NCBI GenBank assembly: GCA_036785375.1 | Contig: JAWMAR010000203.1 | Span: forward strand, 3,968,001 to 4,032,000 | Direction of reading: 5' to 3' | Source of the DNA: Leucoraja ocellata | Taxonomy: Eukaryota | Length of the DNA: 64,000 nt | Shown: positions 48,214-61,819 of the stretch, piece by piece | Numbering within the stretch: the stretch's first letter is position 1 | Layout: each line of letters opens with the position of its first letter | The notes under the pieces: generated by a model | What the model was told of the DNA's origin: nothing | Database searches by the model: none | The model's input: the letters and a program-made list of their open reading frames with translations, nothing else | Program-made: the position numbers and the translations under genes

Positions 48214-51139
48214 ATTTACTATACTACCTCTCCAACATAATGATGACAGCTTGAAGACAGCTCCTCATCTTTGAACTGAACTGTGGATGTACTGGTAGCT
48301 CCCAAAGTTTTGTCAATGTGGCATCAAGATGTACCTCCTCACCAAAGAAATCTTCCCTTGCTAATATCAAGTTGTCTGGATTATCTGTGGCTTCCTTTAG
48401 AGCAGCAATCACCCCTTTAATCACTTTGATGCCATCAACATGGTTGATCTGATTCTGGCTTGAAGTGTAGAAGCGCTTCACCCAAGGCCCAGTCAGATAT
48501 TTGCCAAGTAAGTCTAATATCTGAAGTTCTGCTTTTGCATCAGCCTGGGTGAAGTCATGGAGGATGGCGCTTTTCAACCCCCCACAGAATGTTCCGCTAT
48601 TCAGCAGGGCAACAAAGTCATCATAATATTCTATGAGTTTGCCACTAATATGAAACAGTATGTACAATCTGTTGCCACGGTATCGTGGGAGGACAACTCG
48701 GGGGATGTTCCTGTCATCCAAAAATGCGACAAATCCTTTTGGGTCCCCTTTTCCATTCTTGTACCGAAGTTTGCTCATCTTCAGTATGGCATTTACTGCT
48801 AGACAGTCTTTCCCAAACAAGAATTTTCCTCCGGATTGTTTCTGCATTTTGAGGGCTGAGCGAACTGATGTTGCAATGGAATCAAGACAATGCAAGTGGC
48901 AGTAGAGCTCATTCAAAGATTTACCCCACTCACTACTCACAATCCTAATAGCAGCATGATTAGCTGCACACCTGTCACTCATTGTGTTTGAAATGTTAGC
49001 GATTATCTTTTGCCTGGTATCTTGAAAATCTGCTTGCTCATTGAAATGAGTGTAAGTTTTACACAAATTGTCAACTGTTTCGCAAATATGTTGTGCATAG
49101 TCCTCAGCAGTTCCACCAGCCAATTCATCGACTGCTACAGAGAGACATTTGTCTGTGGTGGTGAAGTGTACACTGTTAACGTGGGTCTCTTCCTGGGTGG
49201 TTGCATCAAAACCCACAGTCAAATCCTTTGTTGCAAGGAGCATCTCTGCTGTTTGCAACTCAGCAATAGCTCCCAATTCTCAGGCCATAACTTCACCTGC
49301 ACTGCATCGAGGAACATGATCCAGATTAAGTCCACTCCGCTTGTAGAACTGGCTTATTAGGATTGGAATGTTTGCTGTGGGAGTTTTGTTTACAATACAG
49401 TCAAACACATGCATGCTTGATGTTGAGGAGTAAGTTTTCTGATCCACCTTTGACTTGACAATACTGGCAGCCTGCAGAGTTTTGATTGTTTCTTTGTGGA
49501 CAAGATTGTCAAATTTGAGGCGTCTCACATCCGCGTCTCACATCCTCTTCCATGTCCTTTAAATTTTCATGAACTTTTCTGTACTGGTGAATTGAAACAG
49601 TTTTCCTCTTTTTCTTACTGTCCTGAAACATCAGCAATTGGCTGTGTGCTTTTTTAAATCTCAAAAGCTCTGCCTTGGTTTCAGCAAGCTCTCGTGCAAA
49701 CGTTTTCCCACGTAATTTGGTTTTGAGTGCCTGAATCTTTCTGTCCTTTAAATCTATTTGGTATTGCTTTCTCTTTAAGGCTTGATTAACTACAAAGTTC
49801 CCACTTGAAAACTTTGGGAGTTTTCAACTGTGCCCTAAGTTCACTGATCTTTGTGTGATACTTTATTGTAAGAGCAGCCCTGGATTCAGACAGAAAATTT
49901 AGTATTTTCTTCAATTTCTGTTTCCTTGGTGAAAAACTTAGAAATTCTCTGCTACATCTTATTGAAACACCAGATGTCGATGACATTGGTTCAGGTGAGG
50001 CAGCTAGATTCAGTGGAGGATGCAGACTATGACTGTCATCGCCCAAAAAAGTTGTTCAACACGGACTTGTAGGGCCGAGATGGCCTGTTTCCGTGCTGTA
50101 ATTGTTATATGGTTATATGGAACAAGCTGCTGGAAGAATATATTGAAGCAGGTACTATAACAATGTTTAAAAAATATTTGGACAGGTACATGGATAGGAT
50201 AGGTTTTGAGGGATATGGGCCAAATGCAGGCATGTGGGACTAGTATAGATGGGACATGTTGGTGGGTGTGAGCAGGTTAGGCCCAAGGGCCTGTTTCCAC
50301 GCTATACAACTCTATGACTCTAATCTAAGTGGAGAAGTGGAATGTAAAGCCGCAGGGAGGGATATAGGTGGATGGTGACAGGAAAGGTGGGAGCGGGCTA
50401 GTGGGAGAAAGGGGTGCACACTGGGGGAAGGGAGTAAAGGCACAGGAAATTTAGGGAGAAACCTGGGATCAACGGCATCTGACAGAAGCATGAAGGCATA
50501 ACTGCACAACATAAGAAGGAAACTGAGTGGAAATTCTCAGAACAAACCCCTCAACAGATGAGCCACGGAGAGGTGGTCGGGCCGTGGAAAACTGGAAGTT
50601 AATAATGATTTAAAGATACAAAATGGAGTCCGCTGAAACTAAGACAAGCTTCTATTAAATTGCAAGGCCAGCGAAATGCACTAACCTTTGCCTTTCAGTA
50701 CATTAACAAAGCTAGCACAAGTTTCACGAATGTCTTCTCTACAATGTAAACATTGAGAGAGAATTCAGACTAAGATTATGATGTGCGTCATAAGTAGAAA
50801 AAACTAAAAGCTTGTTCGGCCGAAATATCCTCTGTCAGAAGACCCTGTCAATCTGCTGTCAATCTTAAGGATCTGTCAATCTTAAGAAGCAAGAGACTGT
50901 ACTAACTATAGATAACGTATTGCTGAATCATCGAATAAAGGGGTATATATATACATGTACTGAAATAATTGTTCCTGGATCGATCGCCTCAGCGCAGAGG
51001 AGGAACAAGGAGGGAAGAGACAGAGACTAAGACTTTTGCCTCCATCACAGTGAGGAGGTGCTTGGTGAACTCACTGTGGTGGATGTTAATTTGTATTTAT
51101 TGTATATTTTGTTATTTATTATCATAGTGTATGTCTGCA

Positions 51140-51510
51140 GGCAGGGAGAGGGAGAGGGGGAGGAGAGAGGGGTGGGGTACGGGAGGAGAGAGGGATGGGG
51201 AGGGGGGAGGGAGGGGAGGAGGGAGGGGGAAGAGTGTGGAGGGAGGGGGAGAGGGGAGTGGAGAGAGTGGGAGGGGGAGGGGAGAGAAGTGGAAGAGTGG
51301 GTAGGGAGGGAGGGGTAGAGGGGTAGGGGGAGTGGTGGAAGAGGGACAGGGGTAGGGGAAAGGGGGCAGAGGGAGAGAGGGAAGGGATTGCAGTAGAGAG
51401 AGAAGGGGGGTTGGGGGGAGAGAGAGATGGAGGAGGGGGAGGAGAGAGGGGTGCGGGAGGGGAGGAGAGAGGGGAGGGGGAGAGAGTTGTGGGGGAGGAG
51501 GGAGATGGGG
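51140..51510 (+). repeat. Polypurine G-rich low-complexity tract
   Basis: Runs of GGG/GGGG interspersed with A over ~370 bp. Confidence 0.9.
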
Positions 51511-52439
51511 AACCACCTCCAGTTTAAATTCCATTTGGAATATTTTGGAGGACCAAGAATTCAAACCCCCCCCCCCAAAAAAACCCTTTAGAAACAGAAA
51601 CATAGAAAATAGGTGCAGGAGTAGGCCATTCGGCCCTTCGAGCCTGCACCGCCATTCAATATGATCATGGCTGATCATCCAACTCAGTATCCTGTACCTG
51701 CCTTCTCTCCGTACCCCCTGATCCCTTTAGCCACAAGGGCCACATCTAACTGCCTCTTAAATATAGCCATTGAACTGGCCTCAACTACCTTCTGTGGCAG
51801 AGTTCCAGAGATTCACCACTTTGTGTGGGACTTCTCTGTATAGTCTGTTATCAACATATGGTGAAGATATTTTTATCACACCTGCCTGGCGAAATAAACA
51901 TTACTGCTTGATCACTGATTGTATTTGTGTTTCTGTCTGTTCAAGCATATTTGGGCCATGACGGAACAAAGAAGGACCCAGCAAGGGTGGAGGGGGGACC
52001 GAGAACATTGAGGTACCCAGCGGGGGAGGGTGTGGGGTGCCGAGAACAAGGAGGGACCCAGCAGGGGTTGTGGGGGATGAAGGAAAGACTTAGCGAGGAT
52101 GGGGGGCCGCCAAGAGAACATAGAGGGACATAGTGGCAGGGGAATGGCGAGAACAATGAGAGACCAACGTGACTTTTGTAACTGTTAGCATCAGGAACGT
52201 GGCAACTCTTTGTGTGCTTTGTGTATTGTATGCAATAACAAAGTATTTCACTGCACCAAGTTGCATGTGAAAATAAAAGATCATTGAATTAATTGACTGC
52301 TTGTTCCTCCCAACTCTCTCCTGTGGCATGATCTTTGCAGAGTAATTTGTTTTACTTTTGTTGCACTGACGCACTGAAGAGGAATCAGAAACAGAAAGTG
52401 TTCAAGGATGCCCATGGCTCCAGTGGCCAGAGTTCAAGC

Positions 52440-52620
52440 CCGACCTCCACTGACTCCATTCCCAAAATCCACAAACCTGGACTGCCCTGGCAGACCCCTT
52501 TGTTCTACCTGCTCCGTCCCACCAGACGCACCTCTATTATATTTTGTCCCCCCCTCCGCCATTCAGTTCCTTCCGAACTACATCAGAGATTCCTCACAAA
52601 GTTCTTTGACTCTTCAATAG
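52440..52620 (+). mobile_element. Penelope RT fragment
   Basis: PKIHKP motif followed by degenerate RT-like coding. Confidence 0.55.
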
Positions 52621-54249
52621 CTTCTCACTTCTCAGAAGGTCATGTGATAGGAAACTAATTAGGTCATTTGGTCCATCAAGCCTGCTCCAGCATTCAATCA
52701 TGGCTGATCTATCTCTCCCTCCTAACCTCATTCTCTTGCCTTCTCCCCATAACCATGCTAATCAAGAATCTATCCATCTCTCCTTAAAAATATCCATTGA
52801 CTTGGCCTCCACAGCTGCATGTGGCAAAGAATTCCACAGATTTATCGCCCTCTGACTAAAGAAATTCCTCCTCATCTCCTTCCTAAAGGAACATCCTATA
52901 ATTCTGAGGCTATGACCTCTAGTCCTGGACTCTCCCAGTACTAGAAACATCCTCTCCACATCCACTCTATCCAAGCCTTTCACTATTTGGTAAGTTTCAA
53001 TAAATTCCAGTGAGTACAAGCTCAGTGCCGTTAAACACTCATCATATGGTCTAATTCCTAGACCCCCATCATTTCATCTTCACCACAGGTGCCCAGTGTC
53101 TTTGTACCTCCATTCTTCGTATCGCCAGGAAGGATTCAGGGCCCACCGATTCTTCCTACAATCAAAAGAACACAAAGTGCCGGAGTATCCCAATACTCCA
53201 CATGTGGCCTCACCAATGTCGTGTACACAGTCACACATCATGCCTTTGGTCCTTGTTCACTGCTGTATTTGCTACTAGCAATTCTTAAACCAAATGCTTG
53301 TGAGCCTAATACAATTCAGTAATTCCACATATTTTACCAGATGTATTGCAATTTCCTGGGTAATATTTTTTTAATGAACAAATATAAAATAAATTCCAAA
53401 CTTCATACGTTTTCTCACAATTAATGTAATCAGTAGTACAAATCCAAAACAAGAGTTTATGCAAATTGTTCCCATGATAATGTGATAACACTGATGAATA
53501 CACTTGTAGACACCCTGTCATATCAAACCAGTCGCTAAGTATAGAACTTGAAAATAATGGAGCATCATTTTGATGTTCATTATGTGTATAAATCCACCGA
53601 TATCCTCAAACAATCTGCTATAAGTACGTACATTCACATTTAAGAGTGATACAAGGTGCATAGACCATTTAAGAGGATGTTGCCAGGACTCGAGGGGTGG
53701 GTGAGCAGACAAGGACTTTATTCCTGAGAGCACAGGAGGACAAGGGTTGATCTTATAGAGGTGTATAAAATCATGAGAGGAATAGATCAGAGAGATGCAC
53801 AGAGTCTCTTGCCCAGAGCAGGGGAATCAAGAACCAAAGGACATAGGTTTAAGGTGAGAGGGGAACGATTTAATAGGAACGTTTTCACAAAGAGATTGAT
53901 GGGTGTATGGAACAAACTGCTGAGGCTGGTAGTATTACAACATTTAAGAAGCATTTGGACTGGTACATGGATAGGACAGGTGTATAGAGGGATAATGAGC
54001 CAAATGCAGGTAGGTGGGACTAGTGTAGATGGGACATGTTGGTTGGTGTTGACAAGTTGGTCTGAAGAACCTGCTTCCACACTGTATGACTCTGACAAAG
54101 AATTGCAGATGCTGGAAACTTGAACAAAACACAAAGTGTTGGAAGAACTCAATGGGTCCGGCATCATCTGTGGAGGGAATGGTCAGAAGACGTTCCCAAG
54201 ATTCCCTTAAGCAAGACACATAGTAGTTTTAAAAAGAGTTATCCTCTTG

Positions 54250-54990
54250 CTTAGTTTAGTTTAGTTTAGAGGTACAGCGTTTCAACAAACCCTCAGCCAA
54301 CCGAGTCCGCACCGATCAGCAATCACCCATTCACCCATTTTATCCTACAAACTAGGGACAATTTACCAAAGCCAATTAATCTACAAACCTGCATGTCTTT
54401 GGGATGTGGGAGGAAACTGGAGCACCAGGAGGAAACCCACACTGTCACAGGGAAAAGGTGCAAACACCACACATACAGCACCCGTAGTCAGGATCAAACC
54501 CCAGTCTATGGCGCAGTGAGGCAACAACTCTTCTGCTGCACCACCGTGTTCACCTTCATGGATACATTTCATCTGATACAGTTCCTCAGACCCCAACAAA
54601 GAAATAGTAATGGAGATTGTGAGAATGGCTTTGTTGTCTCAACAATAGGAATGAATTCCCTTGAGTGTCTGTACTCGTTCAATCTAAACTAAATAAATAT
54701 ATTTCTAAATAGGGGCAGCACGGTGGTGCAGCAGTAGAGTTGTTGCCTCACAGATTCGATGCTGACTACGGTGGCTCTGTACGGATTTTGAATTTTCTCC
54801 CCATGAAGGTGTTGGTTTTCTCTGGGTGCTCTGGTCTTCTCCCTTGTTTCAAAGAATGGTAGGTTAATTGGCTTCGGCAAGTAATTGTAAATTGACCCGG
54901 GTGTGTAGGATAGTGTAAGGGGGATCGGTGGCCGGCATGGACAGTGGGCTGAAGGGCCTGTTTCCGCATTGTATCTCTAAACTAAACTAG
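54250..54990. mobile_element. Two divergently oriented V-SINEs (54250-54550 minus, 54712-54990 plus)
   Basis: tRNA-like heads, V-domains and (taaac)n tails. Confidence 0.78.
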
Positions 54991-55755
54991 ATTTTTAATG
55001 AAAGTAGATCACACTTGTGAAAATGTTCACATCTACTTGACGCTCCATCATGGCATTTGTGCACAGTTTGAACATTTTTGTGGTTTCATTTTAGTTGTAA
55101 GTTTCAGTTTCTTGTATCTTCATTTTTTAGTAATTAGTGATTTACTAGTTGGCCTTTCCCCTTTCAACAAACTTTGATCACTTCACCCTCCCCTTCCCTC
55201 CAGTTTAAAACACACTTGCTTTCTCCACATCTGTGGTTCCCTCTACAGGATGAGGGGTGGGGAGAGCATCATTGAAATATACTGAATAATGAAAGGTTTA
55301 AAGAGGATGTGGAGAGGATCAGTATTGCAGTGCTATTTTTTTAGGTGCTGGAGCTGTCAAACGGGTGTCATTTCAGGTTTTGCTTGTGGATAAGTTTCAG
55401 TTTCAGGTTTTGCTTGGGGATAACCAGGGATAAGTTTCTTTCTTTTTCTTTCTCATTTCTTCAGTGCAAACATCTGAACAGGAATACAAGTCTGATTTTG
55501 AAACATTATTACGTTCAGAACTACATTTGTACCTGGTTAGAAAGTTTGAACTAGAAGCAGGTGAAACACAGCTTTTGTCACTTTTACTATTATCAGTCTC
55601 TTTTACATTATTCTTGTTGCACTCCTCAGCTTGTTTACGAAAGAAAGAAGTTAATGTTGTTTGTGTAGAAGCCATAGGATTGTTAGTGAGAAAAATTAAC
55701 TCTAGTATTAGAGAGTGATCTACGGAGTGGCACGGACTACCACAAATGTAGCCTA

Positions 55756-55975
55756 AGGGCCCACTTGGCCGTCATTTGTGCGTAATTTACGCAACATCAT
55801 TTACGCGTCCCGAAGCACGATGCGCGCGTCGTGACACCCACGTGATGAGCGCATGGTGCGCATTATGCGCGCATGGTGCACGATGACATAGGCAGTGACG
55901 CGCAGCGTTGCAGGATTTTGTGATGTACAAAATCATCACGCGCCATCTGCGTGATGTGCAAGTGGGTCAGGCCCT
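55756..55975. mobile_element. Harbinger-like MITE
   Basis: Ends taagggcccactt...aagtgggtcaggcccttta resemble the TIRs of 3977-4595; CpG-rich interior. Confidence 0.6.
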
Positions 55976-56649
55976 TTACTAATGCGACTGAGTCAGAGCA
56001 GTGTTGCTAAGCTGCAGTTATAACAGAATTTACTGAAATAAAGCAAATGTTCTTTTGCATTTTAGTCACCTAAATTTGAACCATCTTACCAAGTAATCAA
56101 ATATGAAAAAGGAACGTCTAATGAACTTTTGATAAAGCCACAGATATTACAGAATATTAGTATCAAAAGCGGTAGGTTGGCAACCTGCCTCGTACCGTTT
56201 TTGTCGGAGAAATGTTTGGACAGGAAGTGTAGGTGTCGATACTCAAAATATCCTGACACGTTGGGTATGACATGGTAAGTAAATCTATTCAAATCCTGCT
56301 GAGTTTTTAGATATACAAGAAGTTAAAGATCTTTACGTAAATTATTATCTTATCTACCCCAACCTTTGCTTCCATAAAATCCCCTTTATATGCGGACTCT
56401 GTTAAATTTCCCTATAGTTAAATTCCCTACTGTTTATTTTGGCTTTTTTTTTACAGAGGTGCCGGAGCAGCGCTCCAGTGAGCTTCGGCAGCACTGCACC
56501 CCTGGCTGCCACAGAATCTCCTGTCTGTCCCCCTATCTATAGAGTGCCTTCTCACTATTGCTCTGCCTGACTTCACCTTACCCCGCTGTGCCTCAGATCC
56601 AGGGCCAGTGACACAGACATGGATGCTGCTGCTCTCTCCTGAATGGTAA

Positions 56650-57790
56650 CCCACCTCACCCCATGTCCAAAATGTTACCTGTTTGGCAGGGGAATGGCCG
56701 CAGGAAATTCCTGAACTCTTTTTTTACTCTCTTTCCATGTGGTCACCAATCTAGTCTCTGTCTGTACTTTAGCTGCCTGCGACCACTTCTTGAGAGCTAC
56801 TATCTATGACTTGCCCACTCTCCTGGATGAGCCTGAGGCCGTCTAGCCACAGCCCCAGTTCCCTAACGCCGTCTTTAAGGAGCTGCATCTGGACGCACTT
56901 CCTGCAGATGTAGTCCTCAAGGACATTGACCATCTTCCTGATTTCCCACATCCCACAGGCCGAGCTCTCCATGGCACTAGTTTCCATCCCACCCACACCA
57001 GGAAGCACCAAAGGTTTCAAATGTCTTTTATTGTCACATATGCCAATTAAAGTACAGCGCTATTCGAATTAGCATCTTCATTATCTGCAAAACCACCCAC
57101 TTTTATATCATCTGCAAACTTGCTAAACTTTCCATGTATGTTCTCATCCAAATCATTGATATAGATGACAAAACGTAATGGGGCCACAATGAACCCTGAG
57201 GCACACCACTACTCACAGGCCTCCATTCTGAGAAGCAACCTTCCACCATCACCCTCATTCCATTCAGGTATCTCTCACTGATCCCATGTGATCTGACCTT
57301 CCAGAGCAGCCTACCATGCGGAACCTTGTTGAATGCTTTGCAGAAGCCCATAATTACAACATCTATAGCTCTGCCCTCATCAACCTATTAGGTAACATCT
57401 TCAAAAACTCAGATTCGTGAAGCACAAACTACCATGAACAAAACCATTTTGAAACTCCCTAATCAGCCCTTTTCCATCTAAATACATGTATATCTTGCCC
57501 CACAGAATACTCTCTAGTAACTTTCCAACTATGGATGTTAAGCTCACTGGCCTATATTTCCTAGCCTTTTCCCTACAGCCCTTCTTTAATAGAGGCACAC
57601 CATTTGCCACCCTCTAGTCTTCTGGCACATCTCCTGTATTTAAAGACGACTCGTAATATTCAGCTGGGGCTTCCGCAATCTCCTCTCCAGCTTCCCACAA
57701 TGTCCTCATATCTGATCAGGCCCGGGAGAATTATCTACCTTCATATACGTCAGGACATTCAGAACCTCTTCGACCGTAATATTGACTGCT
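56650..57790 (-). mobile_element. CR1 fragments: ORF1 zinc-finger/leucine-zipper region (~56650-57000) and RT (~57070-57790)
   Basis: SACGMWE...YICRKCVQMQLLKD (CR1 ORF1-like); YRPVSLTS, KAFNKVPH and GVPQGS. Confidence 0.8.
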
Positions 57791-57844
57791 CTCAAGACAT
57801 TCATTGCCCCAAGCTCCTCAATCCTCGTCCTTCTCCATAATAAA

Positions 57845-58070
57845 AATGCCTTTCCCTCAATGCTTTCAATGCCTTGCTTTCAATGCTTTGCCCTCAATGC
57901 CTTTCCTTCTATGCCTCACTGTCAATGCCTTAACTTGCCTTGCCTTCAATGCCTTAACATGCCTTGCATTCAATACCTTACCTTGCCTTGCCTTCAATTC
58001 ATTGCCTTGCCTTCAGTGCCTCACCCTCAATGTCTTGCCTTCATTGCCTTGTTTCCAAATCCTTGCCTCC
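57845..58070. repeat. Degenerate simple tandem repeat (tgcct/tcaatgcct)
   Basis: Repeated tgccttgccttcaa-type units. Confidence 0.85.
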
Positions 58071-58219
58071 GACATCTTATTTTTCACAATTCCATTAGTT
58101 CCCTCCACTAACCCAGAGGATTGGGGCTGATATGGGATGTGTAGGTTCCAGTCAAATCCTAACACTTAGCATAAGGCTTTAACTATCCGTCCTGTAAAAT
58201 CTGGGAATTACATCCTTCA

Positions 58220-58590
58220 TTAGGCACTTCTAGTATAATCCTTTCTGGTGGGGAAGGCCTCAACCCATTTAGAGAATAAGTCCACAATAACTAATAGGTA
58301 TTTTAATCTTCCACTAGTGGGCATGTGTACAAAATCGATCTGCAAATTTGTGAATGGCCCACCGGGTAAAGATAAATGGTCAAATATTGCAGTTGTATTC
58401 CCTCTATTGTACTGCCTACAGATGCTGCAAGAGGCCGTTATCCTTTGTGCCATTGCCGCTACTCCGGGTGTGAAATATTGTCTGGATATATCATGTATCA
58501 TCCCCTCTTTTCCTACATCCTTGCCTATGTGTTAATCTGGCAAAGGGCATGGAGAAAACCCCTGGGACAAACCACTCTCCCATCGGGGTG
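58220..58590 (-). mobile_element. Endogenous retrovirus integrase fragment (class I/epsilon-like)
   Basis: CSIC zinc-finger half, then PFTNLQIDFVHMP...YLLVIVDLFSKWVEAFPT. Confidence 0.85.
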
Positions 58591-58594
58591 ACGC

Positions 58595-60735
58595 TAGTCC
58601 CTTGCGAAGGAAGACATAGGGACTGACGAGGTAGAGTCACTGTGGATTGAGTTGAGGAATTGCAAAGGGAAGAAGACACTAATTGGTGTTATCTGCAGAC
58701 CCCCAATTAGTAGCCCAGATGTGGGGTGTAAGTTGCAGCAGGAGTTAAAACTGGCATGTAACAAAGGTAATGCCACTGTGGTGATGGGGGATTTCAATAT
58801 GCAGGTAGACTGGGAAAATCAGCTTGGTTCAGGACGCCAAGAAAGAGTTTGTAGAGTGCCTCCGAGATGGATTCTTAGAGCAGCTTGTAATGGAGCCGAC
58901 CAGAGAAAAGGCAATTCTGGATTTAGTGTTGTCCAATGAATCAAATTTGATAAGAGAACTCAAGGTTACGAAACCGCTTGGAAGTAATGATCATAACATG
59001 ACTAGTTTTAATCTGCAATTTGAGAAGGAGAAGGTTAAATTGGAAATGTCAGTGATGCAGCTGAACAAAGGGGACTATGAAGGCATGAGAGGGGAGCTGG
59101 CCAAGGTATACTGGAAAGGGATCCTAGCAGGAATGACGGTGGAACAGCAATGGCAGGAATTTCTGGGCATAATCCGGAAGACGCAGGATCATTTCATTCC
59201 AAAAAGGAAGAAAGATTCTAAGGGGAGTAGGAGGCAACCGTGGCTGAGATGAGATGTTAGGGATAGAATAAAACTCAAAGAAAAGATGTATAACACAGCA
59301 AAGAGTAGCTGGAAACCAGAGGCTTGGGAAACTTTCATAGGATAATAGAAGGAAACAAAACGGGCAATACAGGCTGCAAAGATGAAGTACGAGGGGAAGC
59401 TGGCCAGGAATATAAAGATGGACAGTAAATGCTTCTTTAGATATGTTAAGGGAAAAAGAGTAGCAAAGTCAAATGTGGGTCCCTTGAAGGCAGACACGGG
59501 TGAAATTATTATAGGGAACAAGGAAATGGCAGAAGAGTTGAACAGGTACTTCGGATCTGTCTTCACTAAGGAAGACACAAACAATCTCCCAGATGTACTG
59601 GAGGACAAAGGATCTAAGGGGGTCGAGGAACTGAAATACATTTTTATTAGGAGAGAAATAGTATTGGGTAGGCTAATGGGACTGAATGATGAAAAATCCC
59701 CGGGGCCTGATGGACTGCATCCCAGGGTCCTCAGGGAGGTGGCTCTAGAAATAGTGGACGCATTGGTGATCATTTTCCAATGTTCAATAGATTCAGGATC
59801 AGTTCCTGTCAATTGGAGGATAGCTAATGTTATCCCACTTTTCAAGAAAGAGGATGAGGATGTGAAGAGGATGTTAGGAGGTTGCAGGGTGACCTGGTCA
59901 GGTTGAGTGAGTGGACAGATGCGTGGCAGATGCAGTATAATATAGATAAATGTGAGGTTATCCACTTTGGCGGGCAAAAACAAGGGGGCAGATTATTATC
60001 TCAATGGGGTTAGGTAAGGGGGAGGTACAGCAAGACCTAGATGCCCTTGTACAGCGGTCACTGAAAGTTGGCGTGCAGATACAGCAGGCAGTGAAGAAAG
60101 CTAATGGAATGTTGGCCTTCATAACAAGAGGATTTCAGTATAGGAGTAAAGAGGTTCTTCTGCAGTTGTATTGGGCTCTGGTGAGACCACATCTGGAGTA
60201 TTGTGTACAGTTTTGGTCTCCTAATTTGAGGAAGGACATCCCTGTGATTGAGGCAGTGCAGCGTAGGTTCACGAGATTGATCCCTGGGATGGCGGGACTG
60301 CCATATGAGGAAAGATTGAAAAGACTAGGCTTGTATTCACTGGTTTAGAAGGATGAGGGGCTATCTTATAGAGACATATAAAATTGTTAAAGGACTGGAC
60401 AAGCTAGATGTAGGACAAATGTTCCCAATGTTGGGGAAGTCCAGAACCAGGGGCCTCAGTCTTTGAATAAAGGGGAGGCCATTTAAGACTGAGGTGAGAA
60501 AAAACTTTTTCACCCAGAGAGTTGTGAATTTGTGGAATTCCCTGCCACTGAGGGCAGTGCAGGCCAAATCACTGGATGGATTTAAGAGAGAGTTAGATAC
60601 TCTAGGGGCTAGTGGAGTCAAGGCATATGGGGAGAAGGCTGGCACGGGTTTTTGATTGGGGATGATCAGCCATGATCGCAATAAATGGCGATGCAGGCTC
60701 GAGGGGCCGAATGATCTCCTCCTGCACCTATTTTC
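58595..60735 (+). mobile_element. CR1 ORF2 with RT-core deletion near 59850 and complete 3' tail
   Basis: ORFs 58652-58939, 58824-59252, 59382-59906 and 60004-60348. Confidence 0.92.
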
Positions 60736-60759
60736 TATGTTTCTATGTTTCTAAATCTT

Positions 60760-61015
60760 ACTCGCATCCCGGCTGCAGCCTATGTGTAACCAGTGCTGTC
60801 TTTCCCTCTCCTCTACTGTCCCCTGGGCCTCTACCACTGTGTGAGGGAGCTGGACATCTGCTGGCTGAGAAGCTGCACAAGCGTCTGTCTAGAGACTGTT
60901 GCTTCTTTGGCAACTTGATGAGCCGCGGCATTACCGAGGGAGATGTCATATGTATCATGAGTGTGGGACTTGTATTTGGCAACGGCCACTATATCAGGCA
61001 GGAGACCAACACGCT
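60760..61015 (-). mobile_element. ERV RNase H C-terminal fragment
   Basis: Manual translation LLPDIVAVAKYKSHTHDTYDISLGNAAAHQVAKEA. Confidence 0.65.
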
Positions 61016-61019
61016 AATA

Positions 61020-61800
61020 GGCCTGTTCCACTTAAGCAACTTTTTAGGCGACTACGGGAGACTATGTGGTCGCCACATGGTTGCCACATGTTCGCAGGTG
61101 TTTGCCGGTGAGTCGCCTTCATGGAGGTGAGGAGTTCCCGCATTGTCAGAGCTAGTCGTGGCTTCATTCTGGTCACCGCTAATTTTTCAACATGTTGACC
61201 AGAATGACTTCAGAATTAAGGGACAGATGTTTAGGGGTAACATGAGGGGGAACTTCTTTACTCAGAGTGGTAGCGGTGTGGAATGAGCTTCCAGTGGAAG
61301 TGGTGTCGGCAGGTTCGTTGGTATCATTTAAAAATAAATTGGATAGGCATATGGATGAGAAGGGAATGGAGGGTTATGGTATGAGTGCAGGCAGGTGGGA
61401 CTAAGGGAAAATAATTGTTCGGCACGGACTTGTAGGGCCGAGATGGCCTGTTTCCGTGCTGTAATTGTTATATGGTTATATGAAGTCTCCATGCCGAGAA
61501 GCGAGAATTCTCGTGGTGTAGGTGTAGTGGTAGTGGGTCGCCAGGTGGTCGTAGGTTCTCATAGGTTCTCGTAGGTTGTCGCCGGTGCTGACCGGTGAAT
61601 TTCATTAGCTCACTGGGAAAAAAACCGTAAACAGTAGTTTTCAGAACCAAGGATAACAAGGATAACCAATGTTAATGTCTGCCGAGCTTCACAGCCGTGT
61701 ATCACTGGCTTCTTAAAAGTTGTTACCACTCCTTCTCCCCACGCCGTCTCCCCCTGCTCACCCCTTCTCCCCCCCGTCCCCCATCTTTTAAAAGACTTAC
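61020..61800. mobile_element. Harbinger-like MITE remnant with an inserted CR1 3' end (61205-61481)
   Basis: Start ggcctgttccactta resembles the TIR of 3977-4595; no matching right TIR seen. Confidence 0.45.
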
Positions 61801-61819
61801 GTGACCCTTCCCGTACATA

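Larger units (their letters stand above)
39707..50043 (-). mobile_element. DDE DNA transposon (Kolobok-like, family uncertain) fragmented by multiple nested insertions
   Basis: Transposase pieces GFDATT, TMSDR, CHLH, GNR, LTGPW, THNIDAEE and reconstructed C-terminus YQLATDLLHKDLVFC*. Reconstructed terminus TAAA|AGGACATAG at 39703-39714. Confidence 0.7.

Noticed and set aside
50520-50960. Possible second solo LTR
   Set aside because: LTR-like composition, but no TG...CA boundaries with a TSD could be defined.
46181-51559. ~47-bp inverted repeat (46181-46227 with 51512-51559) bracketing the transposase, suggesting TIRs
   Set aside because: The left copy is the 3' tail of the LINE at 46179-46680 and the right looks like a truncated copy of that tail; the transposase ORF continues beyond the left copy.
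51058-51678. Proline- or glycine-rich ORFs
   Set aside because: Translation of a low-complexity polypurine tract.
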